Notes: generated from the letters alone by a model not told the origin. Numbered from the stretch's first letter, positions 8,757-17,400 are shown. The stretch: DNA of 32,376 bases from Chitinophagaceae bacterium (GCA_049689695.1 JBAVMD010000497.1:1-32376); one strand, 5' to 3'. Numbers and translations: made by a program.

Positions 8757-9626
8757 ATGAAGATCAGCGGGTTCACTATCATTAAGAATGCTGTAAAAAA
8801 CGATTATCCCATTACAGAAGCCATCACTTCCATTCTGCCGGTAGTAGATGAAATGATCGTGAGCATAGGAGATAGTGAAGACGCTACCGAAGCGCTGATC
8901 CGTTCTATTAATTCCGATAAGATCCGCATTGTTCATTCCGTGTGGGACCCTGCTCTTCGCGAAGGCGGGAGAATACTTGCCGTAGAAACCGACAAGGCTT
9001 TTAAACATATTTCTGCTGACAGCGATTGGGCTTTTTATATCCAGGCCGATGAAGTAGTGCACGAAAAATATCACCACGCCATCCGCGAAGCCGCCGAACG
9101 GTACATGAATGATAACCAGGTGGACGGGCTGCTGTTCCATTACACTCATTTTTACGGCACGTATGATTATGTAGGCGATAGCCGCAAATGGTATGAGAAA
9201 GAAGTGCGCATTGTACGGAACGATGCTTCCATTCAATCTTACAAAGACGCGCAGGGATTCCGCAAGAATGGTGAAAAGCTGAAAGTAAAGCTGATCGATG
9301 CATGGATGTATCATTACGGCTGGGTGAAAGACCCGGTTCAGATGAAACAGAAAATGTACAATGCGGGCAAGCTCTGGCACAGCGATGAAGAGATGGACGC
9401 TTTCCTGCAAAGCGGTGAGTTCTTCGATTTTAATGAGTTCGATTCTGTGGCAAGATTTGAGGGCACACATCCCGCCGTGATGGAAGACCGCCTCCGGCGC
9501 AAGAACTGGGACCTGAAGCTGGATACTTCTAAAAAGAAATTCTCTTTCAAGAACAAGCTGTTATATTGGATCGAGAAGATCACGGGAAAGAGGTTGTTTA
9601 CTTATGCTAATTATAAAATTGTTTAA
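8757..9626 (+). CDS. Glycosyltransferase-like protein (GT-A/family 2-like)
   Basis: The ORF track starts at 8703; the first ATG is at 8757 (MKISGFTIIKNAVKNDYPITEAITSILPVVDEMIVSIGDSED). This N-terminal block resembles GT2-like proteins of Bacteroidota. The gene is divergent from the GT2 gene with a 44-nt spacer. Confidence 0.6.
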   Translation: MKISGFTIIKNAVKNDYPITEAITSILPVVDEMIVSIGDSEDATEALIRSINSDKIRIVHSVWDPALREGGRILAVETDKAFKHISADSDWAFYIQADEVVHEKYHHAIREAAERYMNDNQVDGLLFHYTHFYGTYDYVGDSRKWYEKEVRIVRNDASIQSYKDAQGFRKNGEKLKVKLIDAWMYHYGWVKDPVQMKQKMYNAGKLWHSDEEMDAFLQSGEFFDFNEFDSVARFEGTHPAVMEDRLRRKNWDLKLDTSKKKFSFKNKLLYWIEKITGKRLFTYANYKIV

Positions 9627-9698
9627 TTATTGATTTGCTGATTATTGATTATTACACAGTCGCATGAATTATAGAATAATCAATAATCCAATAATTAA
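9623..9698. repeat. AT-rich palindromic element (ATTATTGA words) overlapping the stop codon of the upstream gene
   Basis: GATTATTGATTATT (9640-9653) pairs perfectly with 9675-9688. TTAATTATTG (9623-9632) pairs perfectly with 9689-9698. The left arm has a 7-nt bulge. The TAA stop at 9624-9626 lies inside the left arm. Confidence 0.8.
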
Positions 9699-9711
9699 TA
9701 ATCACTAACCC

Positions 9712-10611
9712 ATGCATTCAGCCCTTATAAACTCCATACAAACCGGCGATATAAAATCCCTCGCCAGGGCTATCACTGTTATCGAAAATGAGCTGGGTGG
9801 TTTTGAAGAATTGCTGCAATTGCTTCCGGTAAATCATGCAACACCAATTATCGGCATCACCGGTGCGCCCGGCGCGGGTAAGAGTACGCTTGCCGATGCA
9901 TTGATCGGCCGCATGGTGGCGGATAATAAGAAAGTGGCTGTGCTTTGCGTGGACCCTTCCTCGCCTTTTAATCTTGGGGCTGTGCTGGGCGACCGTATCA
10001 GGATGAGCAACTGGTACGTGCATCCGGGAGTATACATCCGGTCGCTGGCTACGCGTGGGTCACTGGGCGGACTTCATCCCAAGATCATCGAGATTACAGA
10101 TCTTTTGAAAGCGGCCCCATTCGATTATATTCTTGTGGAAACAGTGGGCGTTGGGCAAAGCGAGATCGAGATCGCCGGGCTTGCAGATGCAACTGTTGTT
10201 GTTGTAGTGCCTGAAGGCGGCGATGAAGTGCAAACCATGAAAGCAGGTCTGATGGAGATTGCAGACATTTTTGTAGTAAATAAAAGCGACAGGCCGGGTG
10301 CAGATCAATACCTGAAAAATTTACGGTTGATGCTGGCGCCTGCTTTTCACACGCATCAGCAGGAAATTGCGATCATTAAATCCGTTGCCAATTCGGGCGA
10401 AGGCGTTCCGGAGCTATGGGATGCGCTTAAGCAATATTTATCCTCACCGCACTTCAATAACAGAAGATCATGGCTGCTGGCAGAAAAAGCGTATCACCTG
10501 ATTGCGAAGAAAAGAATGAAGGATATCGATAAGGATTCGTTACGCGAAAAGATATCAGTTGAAATGAAGAATGGGAATTTTAATTTGTATGCGTTTATCA
10601 GGGAAAAATAA
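9712..10611 (+). CDS. meaB: Methylmalonyl-CoA mutase-associated G-protein chaperone (MeaB/ArgK family)
   Basis: 299 aa. P-loop GITGAPGAGKSTL, ETVGVGQSE, and NKxD as VVNKSD. Confidence 0.85.
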   Translation: MHSALINSIQTGDIKSLARAITVIENELGGFEELLQLLPVNHATPIIGITGAPGAGKSTLADALIGRMVADNKKVAVLCVDPSSPFNLGAVLGDRIRMSNWYVHPGVYIRSLATRGSLGGLHPKIIEITDLLKAAPFDYILVETVGVGQSEIEIAGLADATVVVVVPEGGDEVQTMKAGLMEIADIFVVNKSDRPGADQYLKNLRLMLAPAFHTHQQEIAIIKSVANSGEGVPELWDALKQYLSSPHFNNRRSWLLAEKAYHLIAKKRMKDIDKDSLREKISVEMKNGNFNLYAFIREK

Positions 10612-10650
10612 AATCACGGATTATTGCCTGGCTTTTGATGCTTTGAATTG

Positions 10651-10710
10651 TTAGGATTAAAGGATTACACGGATATACATCTTCCTATCCGTGAAATCCT
10701 TAAATCCTAA
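10651..10710. repeat. Palindromic element (GGATTA / CACGGAT words) downstream of meaB
   Basis: Arms 10651-10675 and 10686-10710 are complementary at 23/25, with a 10-nt loop. The element begins 40 nt after the meaB stop codon. Confidence 0.85.
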
Positions 10711-10728
10711 GAACCTATACATAAAACC

Positions 10729-10806
10729 ATTCATGCCTAATCCGTGCTTCCTCCTCATGCTATCCGTGAATCCTCTATTCATGTCTAATCCGTGCTTCTT
10801 CCTCAT
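10729..10806 (+). repeat. Two 30-nt direct repeats (ATTCATGyCTAATCCGTGCTTCyTCCTCAT) upstream of the lipoprotein/two-component operon
   Basis: 10729-10758 and 10777-10806 are identical at 28/30, with a 48-nt period. The second copy ends 84 nt upstream of the ATG at 10890. Confidence 0.85.
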
Positions 10807-10889
10807 TCACCGAAGAATCCAATCCGTATACCGAAATTACTTCGCCGCCGCTTCATCCGCATCTACTTTTAATCCGTAAAACAATTTAT

Positions 10890-11525
10890 ATGAAAAGGAT
10901 CTACGCATTTGCAGCTATCGCGTTGCTGCTGGGATTAAGCAGTTGTCTTTCCACTGTTCATCCCATTTTTACGGAGAAAGACCTCGTTTTCGATCCCAAA
11001 TTGATCGGCAAATGGAGATATGAAAGCAAATCGTTCAATGGTTTTGTAGAGATCACCCAAACAAAACAACAGGATTTTACAGACTATCCCACCCTGGGCA
11101 AGCTTGCAGGCAAAACTTACATGCTGCGGTATAAAAATACAGAAGGCGGTATAGATGCAGCTTACTATGGCTTTATGGTAAAGTTGGGAAACAAGTACTA
11201 TATAGACCAGTATCCTGCAGAAACACCGGCTACCATGAATTACGATCCGTTTTACAAGGGTCATTATTTAAAAATGCACACCTGTTACCTGCTCAGTTTT
11301 AAAAAGGATAATTCGTTTGAATTGAAACAGTTCGACGAAACCTACCTGAAGAAGCTGATAAATGATAAAAAGATCCGCGTGCGTCATGAAACAAGAGAAG
11401 ATGGCAGCCTTATCGTAACAGCTTCCACAGAAGAGCTTCAGCAGTACATTATGAAGTACAGCGATGTTCCGGAAGCTTATTACCAGGACAATACATCAAC
11501 TTATACCAGGATAATCAATTATTAA
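10890..11525 (+). CDS. Orphan lipoprotein, paralog 1 (no recognised domain)
   Basis: 211 aa. Signal peptide with lipobox LSSC. It shares blocks with the next gene: IGKW/INGSW, YYIDQYPA/LYMDLYPA and LIVTASTEELQQYIMKYSD/FLITASTQELQLFVEKYGND. Confidence 0.8.
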   Translation: MKRIYAFAAIALLLGLSSCLSTVHPIFTEKDLVFDPKLIGKWRYESKSFNGFVEITQTKQQDFTDYPTLGKLAGKTYMLRYKNTEGGIDAAYYGFMVKLGNKYYIDQYPAETPATMNYDPFYKGHYLKMHTCYLLSFKKDNSFELKQFDETYLKKLINDKKIRVRHETREDGSLIVTASTEELQQYIMKYSDVPEAYYQDNTSTYTRIINY

Positions 11526-11535
11526 AAGTACAGCC

Positions 11536-12222
11536 ATGAAAAAAATACTTTCATTCATATTGGTAAGCATCGCATTGCTTTCTCTCACCGCCTGCATCAC
11601 CGCGCTGCAACCGCTGGTGAGCTACGACAAGATTATCAAAGACAACCGCATCAACGGGAGTTGGACACACGAAGGAGAAACCATTATTATTGAACCACTG
11701 CCCACCAGCAGGTTTGCAAAAGACGTAAAGGAATGGGCAGGCAAGCAGGGCGAAAAAGTCTTCGCATTTACGGGTGATCCAAAGAAAGACTCTATTCTGT
11801 TCACAAACCTTTACGCAGTTTCTTTTGAAGAAGACGGAGTAAGTTATGACATGGTAGCGGAGCTGATCAGGTTGGGCAATGGTTTGTATATGGACCTTTA
11901 TCCTGCAGCCATGAACGATAAAAAGCAAAAGGAAGACAATACGGACCCTTACAATTTCAATTACGATTACGTAGGCGGATTTACCATGGCAAAAGTGGAG
12001 ATCACGGGAAACTCCAACATTACGCTTAAGTTCCTTAACGGAGATTTTATCAAGGAACAGATCACCGGCGGGAAGATGAAATTAAAACACGAAAAAAATG
12101 AATTGTTCGATACCTTCCTCATTACAGCATCTACACAAGAATTACAATTGTTTGTAGAGAAGTACGGAAATGACGAACGCATTTATAGCAAAGAAACAAC
12201 CATAAGCCTTACAAAGAAATAG
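11536..12222 (+). CDS. Orphan lipoprotein, paralog 2 (no recognised domain)
   Basis: 228 aa. Lipobox LTAC. It starts 10 nt after paralog 1 and is a paralog of it (see previous entry). Confidence 0.8.
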   Translation: MKKILSFILVSIALLSLTACITALQPLVSYDKIIKDNRINGSWTHEGETIIIEPLPTSRFAKDVKEWAGKQGEKVFAFTGDPKKDSILFTNLYAVSFEEDGVSYDMVAELIRLGNGLYMDLYPAAMNDKKQKEDNTDPYNFNYDYVGGFTMAKVEITGNSNITLKFLNGDFIKEQITGGKMKLKHEKNELFDTFLITASTQELQLFVEKYGNDERIYSKETTISLTKK

Positions 12223-12227
12223 CATTC

Positions 12228-13274
12228 ATGAAGCAACCCATGTTATCTGTTCATCACCCTTTATTCCGGCTTTTGCAGCACCTGGTCTTCTGGGTGCTTT
12301 CGTTCTTTGTGTTTCTGTATGTGTTTAAAACAGGCATTGTTGCGGAGAAAATAGATTATGTGTATACTGCCCTATTTCACCTTACGTTGATGCCGGCCGT
12401 TTACCTTAACCTGGAATGGCTGTTGCCGCGTTTTGCAAAAAGAAATACATGGCTGCTGTATGCATTACTGCTTGTGTTGTTGATAGCTATTTCATCCTGG
12501 GTGAATTATCATTTTTTTCAATCATGGTCATCGGCGCTGCTTCCGGAGTATTTTTTTATTTCTTACTTCAGCTACATAGAAGTTGCGATGTTCTTTGTTG
12601 TTTACATCGGTCTTACGTCTTTGATCAAACTTTCAAAATCATGGTTTGCTGTAAACGAGTTGAAACAAAAACTTTTGCAGGCTGAAACAGAGAAAGTGCA
12701 GATAGAATTAAAGGCGCTCAGGGCGCAGATAAACCCGCATTTCTTTTTCAATACGCTCAACAGCATTTATTCCATGGCGCTGGAGCGCGATGGGCGGTTG
12801 CCTGCAACAGTTCTGCAACTGTCTGATCTCATGCGCTATTTCCTGTACGAATCAAAAGGAGACCTGGTGCCTCTGGATAAAGAGATCACCGTATTGCAGG
12901 ACTATATTTCATTACAAAAAATAAGGTCCGGTGATTTACTGGAAACAAGCGTGGATATTGAGGGTGACTCAGGGGGTCAGATCGCACCGCTTTTACTGAT
13001 CACCTTTGTCGAAAATGCTTTCAAGCATGGCGCCAAGGGAAATACCGGCAAAACCTTTGTACACCTGCTTTTAAAAGTAGCGGGAAATGCGCTTAATTTC
13101 AGGCTGGAAAACAATATGGGATCAGCAGAAGAAATTGAAACGACCGAACACAAGGGGGTTGGATTGGAAAATGTAAAACGAAGGCTTGAACTGCTGTACC
13201 CGGGAAAACACCAACTGAGCGCAGGCATACAACAGGATAAATTTATTGTTCAATTGAACCTGGAAATACAATAG
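12228..13274 (+). CDS. LytS/YehU-family sensor histidine kinase (membrane-embedded N-terminus, His_kinase + HATPase_c)
   Basis: 348 aa. About four TM helices with negligible external loops, then a coiled linker, then INPHFFFNTLNSIYS (the phospho-acceptor His box of PF06580-type kinases) and the N-box ENAFKHG. It starts 5 nt after paralog 2. Confidence 0.88.
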   Translation: MKQPMLSVHHPLFRLLQHLVFWVLSFFVFLYVFKTGIVAEKIDYVYTALFHLTLMPAVYLNLEWLLPRFAKRNTWLLYALLLVLLIAISSWVNYHFFQSWSSALLPEYFFISYFSYIEVAMFFVVYIGLTSLIKLSKSWFAVNELKQKLLQAETEKVQIELKALRAQINPHFFFNTLNSIYSMALERDGRLPATVLQLSDLMRYFLYESKGDLVPLDKEITVLQDYISLQKIRSGDLLETSVDIEGDSGGQIAPLLLITFVENAFKHGAKGNTGKTFVHLLLKVAGNALNFRLENNMGSAEEIETTEHKGVGLENVKRRLELLYPGKHQLSAGIQQDKFIVQLNLEIQ

Positions 13275-13275
13275 C

Positions 13276-13977
13276 ATGTATAAATGCCTTGTAATAGAAG
13301 ATGAGCCGCTGGCGCAGCAGGTATTAAAGAAATACATTGCAGACCACCCGATGCTGCAATTGGTTGGCGTGTGCAATGATGCATTAGAAGCGCAGCAGGT
13401 ATTGTCTAATGAAAAAGTACCGATCCTCTTTTTAGACATCAACCTGCCTAAACTATCAGGTATCAATTTCCTGAAATCATTACCTGATCCGCCGGCAGTG
13501 ATCTTTACCACCGCTTACCCTGAATATGCGGTAGAGGGTTTTGATCTCAATGCGATCGATTACCTGATGAAGCCTTTCTCATTCGAGCGCTTTTTGAAAG
13601 CGGTGAATAAGGCTATTGAGAAACTGAAGCAAAGCAATGTGCAGGCCCCGGCGGAAAATGCAGGCTTTATTTTTTTGAAAGCCGATAAAAAAGTTTTCCG
13701 GGTAAATACAGCTGATATCCTGTTTTGCGAAGCAGTGGATGATTATGTAAAAGTGATAACAACCGATGAACAATACCTTGTACATTCTACGTTGAAAAAA
13801 CTGCTGGATGAACTTCCGTCATCTAACTTTATACGGGTACACAAGAGCTACATCATAGCAAAAGATAAGATCAGGTTCTTCGAAGGAAATTATGTAAAGG
13901 TTGGCGACCGCGACATCCCTATTGGCGCATCTTATAAGGATGATATTTATGCGAGATTGAAGGAAAGAAATTTATGA
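13276..13977 (+). CDS. LytTR-family response regulator
   Basis: 233 aa. Receiver domain (VIEDEP...LFLDINLP...KP) and C-terminal LytTR block (FIRVHKSYIIAKDKI). The ATG lies 1 nt after the kinase stop codon. Confidence 0.9.
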   Translation: MYKCLVIEDEPLAQQVLKKYIADHPMLQLVGVCNDALEAQQVLSNEKVPILFLDINLPKLSGINFLKSLPDPPAVIFTTAYPEYAVEGFDLNAIDYLMKPFSFERFLKAVNKAIEKLKQSNVQAPAENAGFIFLKADKKVFRVNTADILFCEAVDDYVKVITTDEQYLVHSTLKKLLDELPSSNFIRVHKSYIIAKDKIRFFEGNYVKVGDRDIPIGASYKDDIYARLKERNL

Positions 13978-13985
13978 AGAAGAAT

Positions 13986-14124
13986 CACGGATTGGAAGAA
14001 GGATTAGAGGATTTCACGGATGGGAAATATGTTTAATTTAATTCTGCCTGTGTTAACAGTAATGAGATAAATGTTTTGTTCATCCGTGTAATCCTCTAAT
14101 CCTTCTTCCAATCCGTGCTTTTTT
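13986..14124 (+). terminator. Giant palindrome (37-nt arms) followed by T6; probable terminator of the two-component operon and member of the CACGGAT/GGATTA word family
   Basis: Arms 13986-14022 and 14081-14117 are complementary at 36/37, with a 58-nt loop. T6 sits at 14119-14124. The element starts 8 nt after the regulator stop codon, and its right arm ends 15 nt from the convergent small-gene stop codon. Confidence 0.75.
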
Positions 14125-14132
14125 CTTAAAAT

Positions 14133-14354
14133 CTAATCCGCCTTTCTATTGCTCTTCCACCATCTGTATCCGATATAACTGAAGATCATGAATGGCATCG
14201 CTGCCAGGTAAAGAATACCGGCATTCAAGGCCTTGGCCGGGCGCTCACCCAATTGCTGCGCAGATTTTGTGCAGATAGAACATTGTGAATATGCTACGTC
14301 TGAGCTTACCAATAGCAATAACAGCAAAACGATTATCAGACTCCACTTTTTCAT
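14133..14354 (-). CDS. Small (73 aa) secreted/tail-anchored CxxC protein of unknown function
   Basis: MKKWSLIIVLLLLLLVSSDVAYSQ signal peptide, then CSIC, an amphipathic stretch, one C-terminal TM helix (GILYLAAMPFMIFSYIGYRWW) and a basic tail. The ATG at 14354-14352 is preceded by a perfect -7 box. Confidence 0.6.
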   Translation of the reverse strand: MKKWSLIIVLLLLLLVSSDVAYSQCSICTKSAQQLGERPAKALNAGILYLAAMPFMIFSYIGYRWWKSNRKAD

Positions 14355-14358
14355 GCTG

Positions 14359-14366
14359 CAAAAATA
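14359..14366 (-). promoter_or_regulatory. Bacteroidota-type -7 promoter box (TATTTTTG on the minus strand)
   Basis: Plus strand reads CAAAAATA, a perfect TAnnTTTG on the minus strand. Four nt separate it from the small-protein ATG. Confidence 0.5.
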
Positions 14367-14375
14367 CGCTCTATT

Positions 14376-14465
14376 GGTCATTAAAGTCATTAGGTCATTA
14401 AGTCATTAGTCATTTTTTTATGACTTTATGACTCAATGACCTAATGACCCAATGACCCAATGACC
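14376..14465. repeat. Imperfect palindrome of tandem AATGAC(C/T) words at the 3' end of the M4 protease gene
   Basis: The left half is about five GTCATT words and the right half about five AATGAC words, around a T-run (14414-19). Arms pair with indels at roughly 75-80 percent. The element ends 11 nt from the protease stop codon (14477-79). Confidence 0.8.
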
Positions 14466-14476
14466 AGTTACTAATC

Positions 14477-17400
14477 CTACCTGTTAACCACCAACTTCTT
14501 TACCTGCTTCGTCTTATCGTTATACAATTCAACATAATAAGTGCCTGCTGCCAGGTGGCTGATATCCATTTGTGTGGCTGATGATTGCGTAATAAACCCT
14601 CGCTGCACTACCTGTCCTTTGGAATCTGTGATATTGATCCTGGCATTGTTTACATGCTCACCTACACTAATGGTCACATTGCCTTTGGCCGGGTTCGGGA
14701 ATATCACGAAGGCTTCTTTGGTATCAAAGCCCAACACCTTAATGGGTGAATAATTATACGAACCGTCTATGTTTTCTATCCTCAAACGGTAATAATTAAA
14801 CCCGCGCTCAGGTGTTACATCGTTAAAAATATAATCCAGGTTTCCTGAACTGTTGCCCGCTGCTGTTACAGATCCAATTTCGCTGTACCGGCCACCATCA
14901 ATAGAACGCTCTATTACAAACCGGCTGGTATTGATCTCGCGCGAGGTAGACCATGATAGCCTGGACACCTTACCTTTCTTCTCCGCCGTAAAGTTCAGCA
15001 GCGTTACTGGCAGAGCTACCGCATTATCCACCAGTGCAAAGAGCGAGAAGCCTGTGAATGTATAAGTATAAGAATAATACCCTTCAGCTGAATGGTTCTC
15101 AAACACCGGCGTTACAATCACACTATTTGAACTGTTTACCTGCGCAAAGCTTGCCGCATTTGTTTTCAACAAACTGAGGGCCGCAGGCGCAACGCTAAAG
15201 CCGGTTGCAAGTTCAGCGGTCTTATAATACAATGTGAGCGTATAACTGCTGCCGGCATTCTGGGCAGGGCTGATAGAAAATACTTTCTTCGAACGCTTGC
15301 CCGCACCCATCGGCACACTTCCGTTGCCTGCTTCGGGAAGGCTTACAGATACGCAGCCTAAGTTGCTGCTGTTGTTCACGATCTTTGCCATCAACTCACC
15401 ATCTACCGTACTGTAGAAATAACTTGGCTTGTTGGCTTCAACCCACATTTTTTCTGAAACGGAAGAAGAAGCATCGCCCTCTATTTTCTTTCCTTCTCCG
15501 GTGATCAGCACATTATCTATTGTAACGCTTAGTGAGGAACCTGCATTTGCATCGTTGTTCCATACAAATCCCAGATAGAACTGCTTGTTATTGAAAGAAG
15601 CCGGCAGTATCACATCCGCGCTTGCATCAGTAGGCTTCAGAAACAGTACGGTATCTTCTGCTGTGAATGGATAGAAAGTTGTTCCATCCAAAGAATATTT
15701 CAGTTGGCCGTAATCGCAGGCCGCAGTAATTGGCGGTGGACAAGGCTCTCCGCCTGCATTATAATCGAACTTCACACGTATGTTGTTCAATCCCGCCGCA
15801 TTGATGAGCGGGGTGCGCAAAATGGTTTGTGCGGTAGTCAACTGATCATACGTTGCCTGTCCTGCGTTGGTTGACCACTCAACAATTGCACGCTTTGTTG
15901 ACCAGTTCAATCCAAGCGGCACCAGCGGTGGAGAATATACTTTCCAGCTTACCGGAGAAGGCAGCACTTTGTCTACGCCTGACCATCCGCCCGGCAAACC
16001 GCCTTCAGCCACAGATTCAAAATTCTCGCTGAGCAATGTAATGGTTCCGCCTACCACAGGATCGATATCATCATCAGTAACCGTGATCGTAAAACTATTG
16101 TTATATGCAGGCAATGTGCTGGTAGCTGTAATCTGGATCGTTTCATTGCCTTCTACCATTGCATCGTCGTAAATGCGCAGCTTAATGTTCTTTAACCCTG
16201 TTTCGCCGCTGTTGTAGTTTACTGACGCTGCGCTCAATGCATATTCCTGAGCATTCAATGTTCCGCCAGACACACTAAAGTTTACAGTAACAGGCGAACC
16301 GGGTGATGCAGTAAGGTTAACATTGATGTTGTACTCCATATAGCGGTCGCAACCACCGTCTGCGGTTTCCCTGACCTGTGTAAGTGCGGGCGCAACAATC
16401 AGTGGTGGCGCTCCGCAAGGTGCAAAGCCGGGGCCTACGTTAATGGCATACCATGCATCTGTTATTGTTTTTTCTTCCTGCGAGCATTCGCCATACAATG
16501 TTTTTGCCGCGTTGATAGAAGCTGTACGAGCTTCGGCATAAGTTGCATTTGGGGTAAGCATCAGCTCCATCAAATAAGTAATGGCTTCTGCTTTATCGAA
16601 ACCAATACCAATAAACTCGCCGGTACCGGCAGGCCCTAAAGCGCCGTAATTGCGTGCGGGGTTAATGCCCACTGCATCGCTCATTCCATCATCTGTATAA
16701 GCTGGCGAGCCGGTAGTTACACCGGGGCCCATCACCACCAGGTAAAACCATTTGTTCAGTACGCCGCTGTTGTTGTGAACACCGCATTGGTCGTTGGCAA
16801 GGGTAGGCGTGCAATTGGGGTCGGCCCAGTATTGCCCTCCGTAAGTATCGGGATTGCTGAACGCTTTTGGATTGTCCATTCTTCTAAGGCCCACCCCGCC
16901 GGGGTCTATCTGTTCGCCCACCTGGAAATATTCATAGCCTACTGTAGGATCGATGGTAGTTTTCACAAAACGCTCTACTGCAGCGGCCCAGATGTCGCTC
17001 AACGCTTCGTTCATAGCGCCCGATTCTCCCTGGTAAACCAGGTCAGATGTAAATGAACAAACACCATGGCCTATCTCGTGTCCGCACACATCCAGCGAAG
17101 TAAGCGGCTTGAATCCTATCGGAGCGCCGCTTCCATCGCCATACGTCATAACCGTTCCGTTCCAGAACGCGTTATCGTAAGCAGGTCCGTAATGCACATA
17201 GCTTTTAATGGCGCTGTTACGGTTATCAAAGCTCAGGCGGTTGTGCTTCTGCTTCCAGTAATCATACACCATTTCTGCACCCCAATGAGCATCTATCGCC
17301 ATATCGTCATTCAAGCCTTCCGTGGCTACGTTGCCCGGTGTACCGCGAATGAGGTCTTCCGTACTGCCAGGGCCTTCGTTTTTCCAATTATTATCAAGGT

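Noticed and set aside
8688-9470. 260-aa minus-strand ORF antisense to the GT-like gene
   Set aside because: It lies entirely inside a plus-strand gene that has recognisable GT-like features. Its translation is low-complexity and hydrophobic with no motif. It starts within the neighbouring GT2 gene. It is most likely a shadow ORF.
10691-10879. 62-aa ORF in the spacer upstream of the lipoprotein operon
   Set aside because: It starts at a non-ATG codon. Its peptide is simply the 30-nt direct repeats translated (FMPNPCFLLM / FMSNPCFFLI). I treat it as repeat DNA, not a gene.
13986-14117. Long inverted repeats as invertible (phase-variable) promoter switches
   Set aside because: The segments between the arms are only 6-58 nt, too short to hold an invertible promoter. 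No site-specific recombinase gene is in the window. The elements sit at gene 3' ends rather than 5' ends.
14376-14465. Tandem word arrays (AATGACC, AATAAACC, CACGAATT) as CRISPR arrays or other spaced repeats
   Set aside because: The units are 6-9 nt, contiguous and degenerate, with no unique spacers of 25-40 nt, and there are no cas genes. They form palindromes instead.
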